NCBI RefSeq assembly: GCF_000253055.1
Contig: NC_016070.1
Span: 1,020,001 to 1,052,000 of the forward strand
Reading direction: 5' to 3'
From: Thermoproteus tenax Kra 1
Lineage (GTDB): Archaea; Thermoproteota; Thermoprotei; Thermoproteales; Thermoproteaceae
DNA: 32,000 nucleotides
The stretch's first letter is position 1. Every line of letters starts with the position of its first letter. Under the pieces are notes generated by a model. It did not search any database. It saw only the letters and a list, made by a program, of their open reading frames with translations, and had not been told where the DNA came from. Positions 1 through 8,266 of this stretch are shown one piece after another. The position numbers and the translations under genes are program-made.

Positions 1-1
1 C

Positions 2-376
2 CTGTTGCGGAACGCCGCCGGTAAGGCGCTTCAAGCATGGAAGGCTCTGGTGGCGGCGCTTGCCGCAGAGAGGAGGGAGGAGCTGGCCAAGCTCTACCCT
101 GGCAAGGTCAGGCTGAGGGGCAGGGGGGCTAGGGTCGACAGAGTAGACTGGATTATTGCAGTTATGCCTACGACGTACCTCAAGGAGGTGGCCATGGCGA
201 TAGGGGGGAGGGTAGACGCCTTGACGGACAAGGCGCTCTGGATACACCAGTGTCAGTACAACGGGCCCGACCCCGAGGGGGTGTTGAGCCCCTACAGGAG
301 CGACGAGATGGCGAGGAGAGACGTCGAAACGCTGTTGCGCGGCATCGAGGAGATCCTCTCGTCGCTGGGCCTCTAG
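2..376 (+). CDS. PaREP1-family protein (5' part outside the window)
   Basis: Frame is open to the window start (..LLRNAAGKALQAWKALVAALAAERREELAKLYPG.., ending ..EEILSSLGL). The RNAAGKAxQAWKAL core is characteristic of PaREP1. Confidence 0.75.
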   Translation: MLRNAAGKALQAWKALVAALAAERREELAKLYPGKVRLRGRGARVDRVDWIIAVMPTTYLKEVAMAIGGRVDALTDKALWIHQCQYNGPDPEGVLSPYRSDEMARRDVETLLRGIEEILSSLGL

Positions 377-452
377 GGTAGGAAACGGCCAGCTCTCCAA
401 CAACTTTTGAAGGTCTTGATCTGTTGATTCCCCCGGCGCCCGATCTCTCCCG

Positions 453-841
453 CTATATAGACAGAGAGCCCATATCTTTATGACCCCTCCCCGCCCTAAG
501 GGGCGAGGCTTTCGGTTGTAAATGAGTGGTTGATGGTAGCCGGTGATGTAGAAGGTTCTGCCCTTCTCCACCCCCCGCAATCTCCACAGACATCCTCGTG
601 CCGTTGCTGTACTCCAGGTCCAGCCACCCCATGGCGAAGTCCCTGGCCCCTGTGGCTACTAGATACCACCCATGTCCCCTATATATCAAGCTCCCGTTCC
701 AGTACTCGATATACCTATGGTATAGTTCAGCATCGTGTTGTTGAAGACAAATTTACAAGTCCACGGCGGCGCCTCAACTACCGAGAAGCGTACTGAGACT
801 GGCAGGAGGAATAGTATGAACACCATGAGGAAGACTATCAC
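453..841 (-). pseudogene. Decayed membrane-anchored/secreted protein gene
   Basis: Minus strand from GTG at 841: VIVFLMVFILFLLPVSVRFSVVEAPPWTCKFVFNNTMLNYT, then a frame change near 720 into YIEYWNGSLIYRGHGWYLVATGARDFAMGWLDLEYSNGTRMSVEIAGGGEG. One hydrophobic helix then an extracytoplasmic-looking domain; T/A-rich TTTTAAAAAA ~889-899 upstream. Confidence 0.45.
482..512 (-). repeat. GC hairpin copy 1 (IS200/IS605-like right-end motif)
   Basis: Minus strand AAGCCTCGCCCCTTAGGGCGGGGAGGGGTCA; matches the other copies at 3571, 3651 and 3841. Confidence 0.45.
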
Positions 842-908
842 GAGATAGGGATTGTTACGGTTCAGATACCCATAGAGGTCAGGGATTGTTTTTTAAAAGA
901 AGAGGACG

Positions 909-1619
909 TTATATGCCGTAGTTCTTTATCACCACTTTTCCCAGGGCGGCGGCCAACTTGGCTATCTGCTGGAGGTGGCTTGAGGGTGGGTTGCAGTATT
1001 GTCTACACCACTGGGAGTCTCTTGGGTCTGTGGTGGGTGGGCCGAGGAGCGGCTGTATCACCACCGTGACCTCGGTCTCCGCTAGGGCGTTGCCTACCTC
1101 CTCTATCCTTTTTGCATAGGTCTCTAGGGGGAGGTTCGCGACAGGGATTCTGAGCTCGATGGGGATTTTTCTGCCTGAGACGGCTTTTAAGGAGGTGAGG
1201 AAGTTCTGCCACAGCTGTTGCCAGTGTGGAACGCCGTACATCTGGTCCGGTATTTTTAGGTCTGTGGCTAGGTGGTCTACCTCGTCTATAACTTTTTCTA
1301 GGGCTTTGGTGAGGGTGGCATTGGTGTTGAGGCTTCTGGCTACGCCGGCTTCCCCAGCCCTTTTGAAGAGGTGTCTCAGCTCCTCCGCTTGTAGCAGGGG
1401 CTCTCCGCCAGTGACGTGTAGGTAGTCTATGTAGGGCTTGGCGCGGGCGAGCTCGTCCAGGAGCCTCTCCACGTCTAGCTCGCCGCAGTTCTGTCGCTCG
1501 GCTATCCTCCAGTTGTGGCAGAAGGGGCATCTTAGGTTGCACCCGCAGAGCCAGAGGGTGAAGGTCACTGCGCCGTTGACGTCGACTGTGGATATGCCCT
1601 TCCAGCCGGCGGCCAACAT
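909..1619 (-). CDS. nrdG: Anaerobic ribonucleoside-triphosphate reductase activating protein (radical SAM)
   Basis: MLAAGWKGISTVDVNGAVTFTLWLCGCNLRCPFCHNW: CxxxCxxC radical-SAM motif. ATG at 1619 overlaps the nrdD stop (TAATG), so the longer ORF-track start at 1949 is rejected. Confidence 0.9.
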   Translation of the reverse strand: MLAAGWKGISTVDVNGAVTFTLWLCGCNLRCPFCHNWRIAERQNCGELDVERLLDELARAKPYIDYLHVTGGEPLLQAEELRHLFKRAGEAGVARSLNTNATLTKALEKVIDEVDHLATDLKIPDQMYGVPHWQQLWQNFLTSLKAVSGRKIPIELRIPVANLPLETYAKRIEEVGNALAETEVTVVIQPLLGPPTTDPRDSQWCRQYCNPPSSHLQQIAKLAAALGKVVIKNYGI

Positions 1620-3439
1620 TAGTAATGCCTCCTGAGCCAGAACTCCCTCCTCCTGTACGGGTTCCAGTTCTTGAGAGGTCTGTAGTAGCCGATTATGCGG
1701 CTCCACACCTCCACGCCCTCGTAGCCGCAGGACGGGCACCTCTTGTAGAGCCCGGTGTAGGTCCTGCCGCAGCGGGGGCAGTGGGTCTGGGCTGGGGTGA
1801 AGCTCCAGTAGACCACCTCTGTCTCTGTTATCCTCCTGGCTAGCTTGGCCAAGGCCTCGGGGTCCGGCTCCTCTCCTAGGAATATGTGCATCATGACGCC
1901 GCCGGTGAACTCCCTCTGCACCTTGGCCTCCACCTCCACCCTCTCCCACAGCTCCATGGGGGCGTAGTAGGGGGCTACGGAGGTGCTGTATATGAGGTCT
2001 GGGAGGTACTGCGCCAGCTCTGGGTACTTTCTGGCGTCTTTAATCGCCAGCTTGGCGGCGGCGCTCTCCCCCGGCACCTCCTCCACGTTCCAGGGCGTTC
2101 CCTCCTCCGACATCCACTCCCTAGCTTTCTCTACGGCGAAGGACACCATCTTCTTCATTAGGTCGGCCGCGGCTGCCCAATCTCTGTGGGAGCCCTCTGT
2201 CCAAAGGTCGGGCTTGCCCATGTATATGGCGGCGGCCTCCGGGAGGCCTATTATGCCTATGGTGTTGAAATGCGACGTGGGGAACTCGGGCAGATACCTC
2301 CTGACGAAGCTGTACATCTCCGTCTTGAGGAGCTTGACGTACCTCTCCCTGAGCCGGTCTAAGCCCCTCTTGACAAGCTCCAGCCTCTCCCCGTAGAGCT
2401 CCCAGAACCTCCCGTCGTCTCCTCTGGCGTCGAGGGCTATGCGGGGGAGGTTGACGTCTATAACGCCGACCGACCCCGTGACATCGGGGAGGGCCCAGAC
2501 GCCGCCGAACCTCTGCTTCTCCATGCGGCTCCAGAGGTCCTCATATGCTAGCTTCACATCTCTCTTGAGGGAGATGCGCGCACCTCTGGCGTACATGAGC
2601 TCGTTCCTGTCTATGTTTATCCTGCAACACATGGCGAAGGACCCGTCCGGGTCGACAACCCTTGTGTTAAGCCAGTAGAAGCTCCCCCTCTTGGCGGCGG
2701 TGGTGAAGACCGCCTCGAAGATCTCCGGGTCTTCCCAGAGCCAGGTGGCGGTGGTCATGAGCGTAGGTATGGGGAAGGTGAAGGGCTTCCCCTCGGCGTC
2801 TCCCTCCTTGAGAACCGAGGTTAGAGCTTTTAGGAAGAGCTTGGCCTCCTCCTCGTAGACGCCAAGCGGCTCGACCTCTTTTCCGTCGTACACAGCGCGG
2901 TCGCCGTCCAGCATCTTCCTCGGCGCATTCATCGTCACTGTGAAGTTGGTGAAGGGCGTCTGGAACCCCACCCTGCTTGGGTAGTTTAAGTTGTAGACGA
3001 GCCTCTGGACGCTCTGCTTCACCGCCTTAAAGTCCAGCCTGTCGTTTCTGATGAAGGGCCCGGCGTACCACTCAACGCTTGAGAAGGCCTGGGCCCCCGT
3101 GAAGTAGTGCTGCGCCGTGGAGAGGAAGTTGGCCACGTGGTCTACGAAGGTGTCGAGGTGCCGCGCCGGCCGCGAGGCGATTATCGGCGTGACCAACCCC
3201 TGCTTCAACAGCCTACTTATTGAGTGGCCAGAGCAGTAGGGCAGGTAGGCCGAGTAGGGGAGCTTGTGTACGTAGATAAGCCCCTCCTGGTGTGCCTCGG
3301 CAACCTCGGCGGGCAGATCCACGGGCATGTGCTCCTCCAGTAGGTAGGAGAAAAAGCCGGTTGGGCTCGGGTACCTATTCGCGTTTTCGTTCACCTCCAG
3401 GGAGTTCCAAGCCAGGTACTTCTGGATAACCTCCTGCAT
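1619..3439 (-). CDS. nrdD: Anaerobic ribonucleoside-triphosphate reductase
   Basis: 606 aa with HFNTIGIIGLPEAA, C-terminal CPRCGRTYTGLYKRCPSCG zinc site and GYYRPLKNWNPYRRREF tail; directly upstream of nrdG. Confidence 0.93.
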   Translation of the reverse strand: MQEVIQKYLAWNSLEVNENANRYPSPTGFFSYLLEEHMPVDLPAEVAEAHQEGLIYVHKLPYSAYLPYCSGHSISRLLKQGLVTPIIASRPARHLDTFVDHVANFLSTAQHYFTGAQAFSSVEWYAGPFIRNDRLDFKAVKQSVQRLVYNLNYPSRVGFQTPFTNFTVTMNAPRKMLDGDRAVYDGKEVEPLGVYEEEAKLFLKALTSVLKEGDAEGKPFTFPIPTLMTTATWLWEDPEIFEAVFTTAAKRGSFYWLNTRVVDPDGSFAMCCRINIDRNELMYARGARISLKRDVKLAYEDLWSRMEKQRFGGVWALPDVTGSVGVIDVNLPRIALDARGDDGRFWELYGERLELVKRGLDRLRERYVKLLKTEMYSFVRRYLPEFPTSHFNTIGIIGLPEAAAIYMGKPDLWTEGSHRDWAAAADLMKKMVSFAVEKAREWMSEEGTPWNVEEVPGESAAAKLAIKDARKYPELAQYLPDLIYSTSVAPYYAPMELWERVEVEAKVQREFTGGVMMHIFLGEEPDPEALAKLARRITETEVVYWSFTPAQTHCPRCGRTYTGLYKRCPSCGYEGVEVWSRIIGYYRPLKNWNPYRRREFWLRRHY

Positions 3440-3558
3440 AAATAGGGGACAAACTTCCCTTATTTATTCCTTACGTTTAAAATAAGTTGGGGCGTTGGAT
3501 CGAAATTTTCAGCCTACTCCGGCGGAGGCGAAAAGGGGATTAAGGACCCGTGACATAC

Positions 3559-3591
3559 TGCAAACAACAAGCTTCGCCCTTTAGGGCGGGG
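3559..3591 (+). repeat. GC hairpin copy 2, left arm of an inverted pair
   Basis: TGCAAACAACAAGCTTCGCCCTTTAGGGCGGGG; inverted match to 3842-3874. Confidence 0.5.
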
Positions 3592-3602
3592 AGGCGGAGC
3601 GT

Positions 3603-3649
3603 GGTCGGGCCCGTTGTACTGATACTGGTGTATCCAGAGCGCCTTGTCC
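3603..3649 (-). pseudogene. PaREP1 gene fragment
   Basis: Minus strand GGACAAGGCGCTCTGGATACACCAGTATCAGTACAACGGGCCCGACC matches 226-272 of the first PaREP1 gene at 46 of 47 positions. Confidence 0.75.
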
Positions 3650-3650
3650 A

Positions 3651-3680
3651 TGACCCCCCGCCCTAAAGGGCGGGGTTTCT
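3651..3680 (-). repeat. GC hairpin copy 3
   Basis: Minus strand AGAAACCCCGCCCTTTAGGGCGGGGGGTCA. Confidence 0.5.
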
Positions 3681-3841
3681 CCTCGCCCACGCCTTCATCG
3701 GTAGCCAGGCTACCCCCGGCGTGGGCTCATTGGGCATGGGGCCGGGCGGCACTCGGCCCTCCTCGGGCGCCTTCGGGGCAGAGCTCCTCATTTGGTGAGG
3801 CGTGTGTATACATTTGAGTCCTCTGCCTGCATCCGCAACGA

Positions 3842-3874
3842 CCCCCTGCCCTAAGGCGAGGTTTATTGTTTGCA
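3842..3874 (-). repeat. GC hairpin copy 4, right arm of an inverted pair
   Basis: Minus strand TGCAAACAATAAACCTCGCCTTAGGGCAGGGGG. Confidence 0.45.
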
Positions 3875-3884
3875 TTCGGAAGGC

Positions 3885-4375
3885 TACGGCTCCAGTCGGC
3901 TTAGGTAGCTGAGTATCGCATCGACAAGCCTCCTTATATCGTCGGCCACCAACTCAATGCGCAGATATCTGCCGAATACTCGATCAGTCGAGCCCGTTGT
4001 ACTGAAATTCATGGAGGTTAATAGCTACGTTTGTAAGGTCGTAGAGCTTTAGCCCGGCGGCGTCCTCTAGCGCCTTCGCCACGGCGAGCATATAGCCCGT
4101 GGGCATAAACGCCGCTATGAAGTCGGCGAGATGGACTCTGCGGCCGTCCCCGGTGGCCCTCACGCCGTGGGACTGCTCCGCCGGCCTCTCCCGGTGGTCC
4201 ACCGCCAGCGCCGCCAGAAGCGCCCTCCACGCCTGGGTGGCCTTTCCAGCGGCGTTTCTGTAGAGTCCTTGCTCCAGAAACTTCAGAGCCAGCTCAGCCT
4301 CCTATCTGGCCTCGAGAAGGCGCCCCCTCTTGTAGCCCTCTGCGCTCTGCCAGAGTTTGGCCAGCTCAGCTGCAT
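3885..4375 (-). pseudogene. PaREP1-family pseudogene
   Basis: Minus-strand fragments in order: ELAKLWQSAEGYKRGRLLEAR*EAELALKFLEQGLYRNAAGKATQAWRALLAAL / LADFIAAFMPTGYMLAVAKALEDAAGLKLYDLTNVAINLHEFQYNGLD / RYLRIELVADDIRRLVDAILSYLSRLE. One in-frame stop and apparent frameshifts. Confidence 0.75.
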
Positions 4376-4609
4376 ATCTATATTCTAGTCCCTCTAAAAG
4401 GCGTACCGACGACGTCCTAACTATGGGCAACAGATGCCGAGATGGGGCATATACGGCGATAGGGCTCTAACATCGCTCGGCCCTCCATTGGATATCTGCA
4501 GCCAGATTGCGTTAGACGGCCGCCTTGTCGGTCCCGCAGCTGCCGCAGAGCCGCCCCCGCCGCTTGCGCCTTGCGGCAATAGGGAGGGGCGAGCGCGCCG
4601 GTTCCCAAA

Positions 4610-5348
4610 CTACGCCATAAATATGACCTTCTCCAACTTATATTTGCCGAGGCCTATGGCCCTCGAAATCCCGACGCCTGTCAGCTCGCCTAGCTTCAAC
4701 AGCGATAGCCAGACTCCCACATCGCCGTAGATGGCCAGACGGGCTCTGCCGTAGAACACCGGCACTCTCCTCGCCTCGCCTATATTTAGCCACCCGGTCC
4801 TGATGCGCATGCCGACGAGCTCCAACGCCGTGGAGGCTCTGTCGGCCAACCCCTTTAAGTCTACGCCGTAGAGCGTATGGTAGGTCTTGGCCAGACTGTA
4901 GGCCAGCCTCTGGGGGGAGGGATAGAGGACGTCCCTCCCGTGGAACATAAAGGCGGTCGGATAGAAGACCAGGTCGGCGACGGCCATGCCGTGTCTCTCC
5001 TCCAGCCCTCCGTCGGCCGGCGCCATGTCCACCCCCGAGGCCTCGAGGGAGCAGCCGGCCTCCACCCTCGGCTCTGCGGCGAGGGAGTCCAGAAGGAGCC
5101 GGGCGTCGTGTTCAGAGAGCAGTGCCCGGAGCTCGAAGGTTGCGCCGGGCTCGAAGGCCCTCTGGGCTCCGTTCAGCCCCGAGAGGACGGGCGCGCCGCC
5201 GTAGTAGAGGGGATGGGCGTAGATCCTCCCCTTGGGCTCCGCCGATCTTCTAACGGCGGTGAGGAAGAAGTTGTACGCCAGCGATCAGACAGCCCGTTAG
5301 GAGACACGGTGACGTCCCCCTCGCTTTGACCGACACAGCGACTACCAC
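4610..5348 (-). pseudogene. cas6: Cas6-family CRISPR RNA endonuclease, frameshifted
   Basis: C-terminal VPVFYGRARLAIYGDVGVWLSLLKLGELTGVGISRAIGLGKYKLEKV fits the Cas6 C-terminal domain. The frame extends upstream without ATG to ~5281 (LAYNFFLTAVRRSAEPKGRIYAHPLYYGGAPVLSG). The N-terminus VVVAVSVKARGTSPCLLTGCLIAG is in the neighbouring frame, from GTG 5348. Confidence 0.75.
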
Positions 5349-5365
5349 GTATGCGCCTCGGCCCA

Positions 5366-5374
5366 TATTTAAAA
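5366..5374 (-). promoter_or_regulatory. Putative TATA box for cas6
   Basis: TTTTAAATA ~22 nt upstream of GTG 5348. Confidence 0.5.
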
Positions 5375-5864
5375 CGGACCCTCCGCGGGACGCGCGCCCT
5401 GTTGCACGGTCTGAGCGATAGAGACGGGCGGCTGTTGGGATAGAGAGCTGGACGAAGTGGGGCAGGTGAGGACGTCGGCTCGCCGCCGGGCCTCCACCTG
5501 AGGTCGCCTATATGGAATCGCGAGGTGAAGACGGTATGGCCCTCGGAGATAACCTCGTTGCAGTTTGACGAGGGGCACGGGCTGAGGCGCTTATTATCTG
5601 GGACGATTCCGTCCTCCAAAGGCGGCGCCGCCTTTGAATACTGCAACGCCCGCTGGCATGACGCGAAAGCCGCTGTATCCTCTGTGCGCAACAAGTTTAT
5701 CCGGCCTCTAAAGGCCAGAGGACAACGGACGTTGCGGCGCTAGCTGTGCGCATAGCTCTCGGCGACGATCAAGGCGTCTCCAAGACAGCGCCAACAGGGA
5801 AGGCATTTGACGTGCGAGAAGTACACATTTGCATAGTTTTATAACTACGTGATCTATAGAAGGC

Positions 5865-6449
5865 GTGTTGGGGCTTGTCAGATACTTCTGGCTAGACCTC
5901 TTGCCTCCTCTGCCCGAGGGGTGGCGGCCGGTGTTGAGGAGGTACGTGGAGCTCTGGCCCAGGGCGCTGACCCCATACGCGGTGGCGAAGGAGGTAGATC
6001 TAACCACATCCGCCGTCTACCGGTCCGTCTACGCCCTTGCCAGAAACAGGTTGATCCTTCCGGCGGGGAGGGACTACCGAGCCACCGTGAAGGGGGCGAT
6101 AGCCCTCCTCGTAGAGGAGGAGGATCCCCGCTGGCTTAAGGCAGTGAGGAAGATCTGGGGGATTGGATTAGATGACATAACTACCGCATTTTACCTAGTA
6201 GCTCTGGGGGCCGCAATACGGAGGCTTGGCTTCACCATTAGGGAGGCCTATATATGTAACTGGGCCGCCAGCCAGGCGTATATAGCCACGCAGCTCGACA
6301 GCTTAAGGTTGCCCCCAGCCGTAGAGGAGGCTGTGAGGCCGCTTCTGAGATACCCCTCCGAAACGGCGCTGGAGTGTAACGGTATTCAGCCGAATAGATT
6401 AGGACGTAACCTCGCCGATCAAGCGAAGATAGCTGAAGACAGCGCGTAG
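5865..6449 (+). CDS. Uncharacterised winged-helix-like protein
   Basis: 194 aa, GTG start; TPYAVAKEVDLTTSAVYRSVYALARNRLI HTH-like region; TTTTATAACT ~25 nt upstream. Confidence 0.65.
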   Translation: MLGLVRYFWLDLLPPLPEGWRPVLRRYVELWPRALTPYAVAKEVDLTTSAVYRSVYALARNRLILPAGRDYRATVKGAIALLVEEEDPRWLKAVRKIWGIGLDDITTAFYLVALGAAIRRLGFTIREAYICNWAASQAYIATQLDSLRLPPAVEEAVRPLLRYPSETALECNGIQPNRLGRNLADQAKIAEDSA

Positions 6450-6683
6450 CTAAAACTTGTCTTCCTAGGCGTCGGAGCGCGAGGACAAGGCGTCGACTTA
6501 TGGCGGGCTTCTGTTGTAACCGACAGCGCCCGCACGCACAAACGCGGCCGATCCCCCGCGCTCCGTAGCCGCCGGCGTAGGCGTTTGCAGCCGGGCTCCG
6601 ATGTAGGGCCGGCGACGCAAAAGATGGCCGCAGCTTGTCCAAGGCGGCGATTGATGTTTTAATAAAGGGGTTCCTCCCGTCAT

Positions 6684-7250
6684 ATGTCTAAGTCTACAGT
6701 ACCTGTGGAAGGCGATGTGGCTAGGGAGGTGGCCTCTTTGGCGAGGAGCCACGGCCTCTCGGTGATTAGGCTAGCCACGGACTCCCTTAAGTTGGCCGCA
6801 GAGATGTTGAAGAGGGGCATTACACCCTCCAACGCTCTGGAGATGTACAAGCTGTTGGAGAAGGTCATGGCGTTTGACGCAGTTCCCGTCCCCCTCTCTT
6901 TGATGGAGCTTTTGGCTAAGAGGTGGAACATCTGCGACGACCCCGAGGTGGAGAACTTCCTGAGGGAGACGGGTGAGAAGTTCGGCAAAACGCTCCTCTC
7001 GGAGTTTAAGACCTTCGGCGAGCTCGTGAGGACAGCCTCTCTGTTTCTTGCGCAGTTCCCCACAGCCCGCTTCACTATAAATAGGGCGGGCGGCGTGTGG
7101 AAGATATATTTCGCCCCCGCCGGCCCCCTCTCTGCCAAATGTCTAGTCCACTTCGCAGAGGGCATGATTAGGCAGTTCGGATGTAACGCCAAATTCACGG
7201 CGGACTCCATAATTACGGTGGAGGTGGAGTGTCCGGGAAAAACATTATAA
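6684..7250 (+). CDS. Uncharacterised protein, tandem paralog A
   Basis: 188 aa; TTTTAATAAA ~24 nt upstream of ATG; N- and C-terminal similarity to the next gene. Confidence 0.7.
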   Translation: MSKSTVPVEGDVAREVASLARSHGLSVIRLATDSLKLAAEMLKRGITPSNALEMYKLLEKVMAFDAVPVPLSLMELLAKRWNICDDPEVENFLRETGEKFGKTLLSEFKTFGELVRTASLFLAQFPTARFTINRAGGVWKIYFAPAGPLSAKCLVHFAEGMIRQFGCNAKFTADSIITVEVECPGKTL

Positions 7251-7269
7251 CTGTTGTACAAATTTGGAC

Positions 7270-7707
7270 ATGCCTCGGCAATATGCGCGCCTCGCCGTAG
7301 ACAGAGAGCTCGCCGACGAGTTCCACCGCGGAGTTAAAAGCCTCGGCAGAAAGCCGAGCGAGGTGTTGGAGCACCTCCTGAAGGCGGCGGTTGACGCCAT
7401 AGAGCACGGAATTGATCCAATAGACATGATACACATATGCCGCCTGGCGAGAAGCCTAGGGCTGGGGCGCGGGGGCTACGAAGTCGGCAGAGAGGCCGGC
7501 ATCCTCCTCCGGGCCTACTACAGACCTGAGGAGCTCCTCGAGATACTGACGAGGATCGGGCCGAAGATCCTCCACACCAATAGGGTCGGACCGCGCGCCT
7601 TCCGCGTGAGCGATCCCATTGCCAGAGATACTGTGAGGGGGATATTGGAGGGCATGGGCTACAGAGCCGCCGCCGACGAGGACATAATAACCATAGAGAC
7701 CGCGTAG
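7270..7707 (+). CDS. Uncharacterised protein, tandem paralog B
   Basis: ORF track starts at TTG 7264, but ATG at 7270 sits ~23 nt after ATTATAACT; ends ..EDIITIETA. Confidence 0.7.
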   Translation: MPRQYARLAVDRELADEFHRGVKSLGRKPSEVLEHLLKAAVDAIEHGIDPIDMIHICRLARSLGLGRGGYEVGREAGILLRAYYRPEELLEILTRIGPKILHTNRVGPRAFRVSDPIARDTVRGILEGMGYRAAADEDIITIETA

Positions 7708-8266
7708 ATGTTGTAGCAGGTAGCGCCCCGTAAATCGCCGGAGTCTTGCGGCGCTTTCCGCCGAAGCGGCCACAGCGCCGTCGGCCCTCACAGAGAGGTC
7801 TATCCAAGCCCCTGCGGCGCCCTCCGATATTACGCTGGATTTGACGACATCGCAACATAAACATCGTTGATCCAACGGCATGGGTGAATATCGCGGAGGT
7901 GGGATATGGCCGGCGTCCATCACTATAGGGGACTCCACAGACGCCAACGCCGACAGCTGAGGCGGCGCTTAAGTCCATCGTGAACAAGGGACCGACAGTG
8001 CACGCGCTAGGAGCTCCACCGGAGGCATTGTATGGGCGGAGCCGCCGTACCAATCCTATCTGCGAAGGGGATTTCGGCGATGAGCGACGGCGGTTTTTAC
8101 AAAATGTCGCCCCCTACACAACGGCCGCCGCGCTGGCGATAAGCTACAGCCCAAGGCTGTTGGGAGAGCCGCCATAGTACATAATCACGGCGAAGTTTTT
8201 GCTCAATCCGAGGGCTTTATGCAAACTATTGTATATTAAAAATTGTTCTTATAGGTTAAGAGAAGT

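Noticed and set aside
1620-1949. N-terminal extension of the 346-aa nrdG ORF
   Set aside because: Low-complexity out-of-frame translation of nrdD; the true start is the coupled ATG at 1619.
5173-5694. 173-aa minus-strand ORF
   Set aside because: Low-complexity Arg/Ser/Pro-rich translation typical of out-of-frame GC-rich DNA; its 3' part overlaps the cas6 coding region in the wrong frame.
5700-5722. Short inverted repeat GGCCT-CTAA-AGGCC
   Set aside because: Too short and isolated in GC-rich DNA to distinguish from chance.
4390-5860. CRISPR array near the Cas6-like gene
   Set aside because: No regularly spaced direct repeats seen by eye here or elsewhere in the window.
7334-8053. 239-aa minus-strand ORF antisense to paralog B and the following gap
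   Set aside because: Arg/Gly/Ser-rich composition with no domain features; the plus-strand 7270-7707 frame has convincing protein character and promoter spacing.
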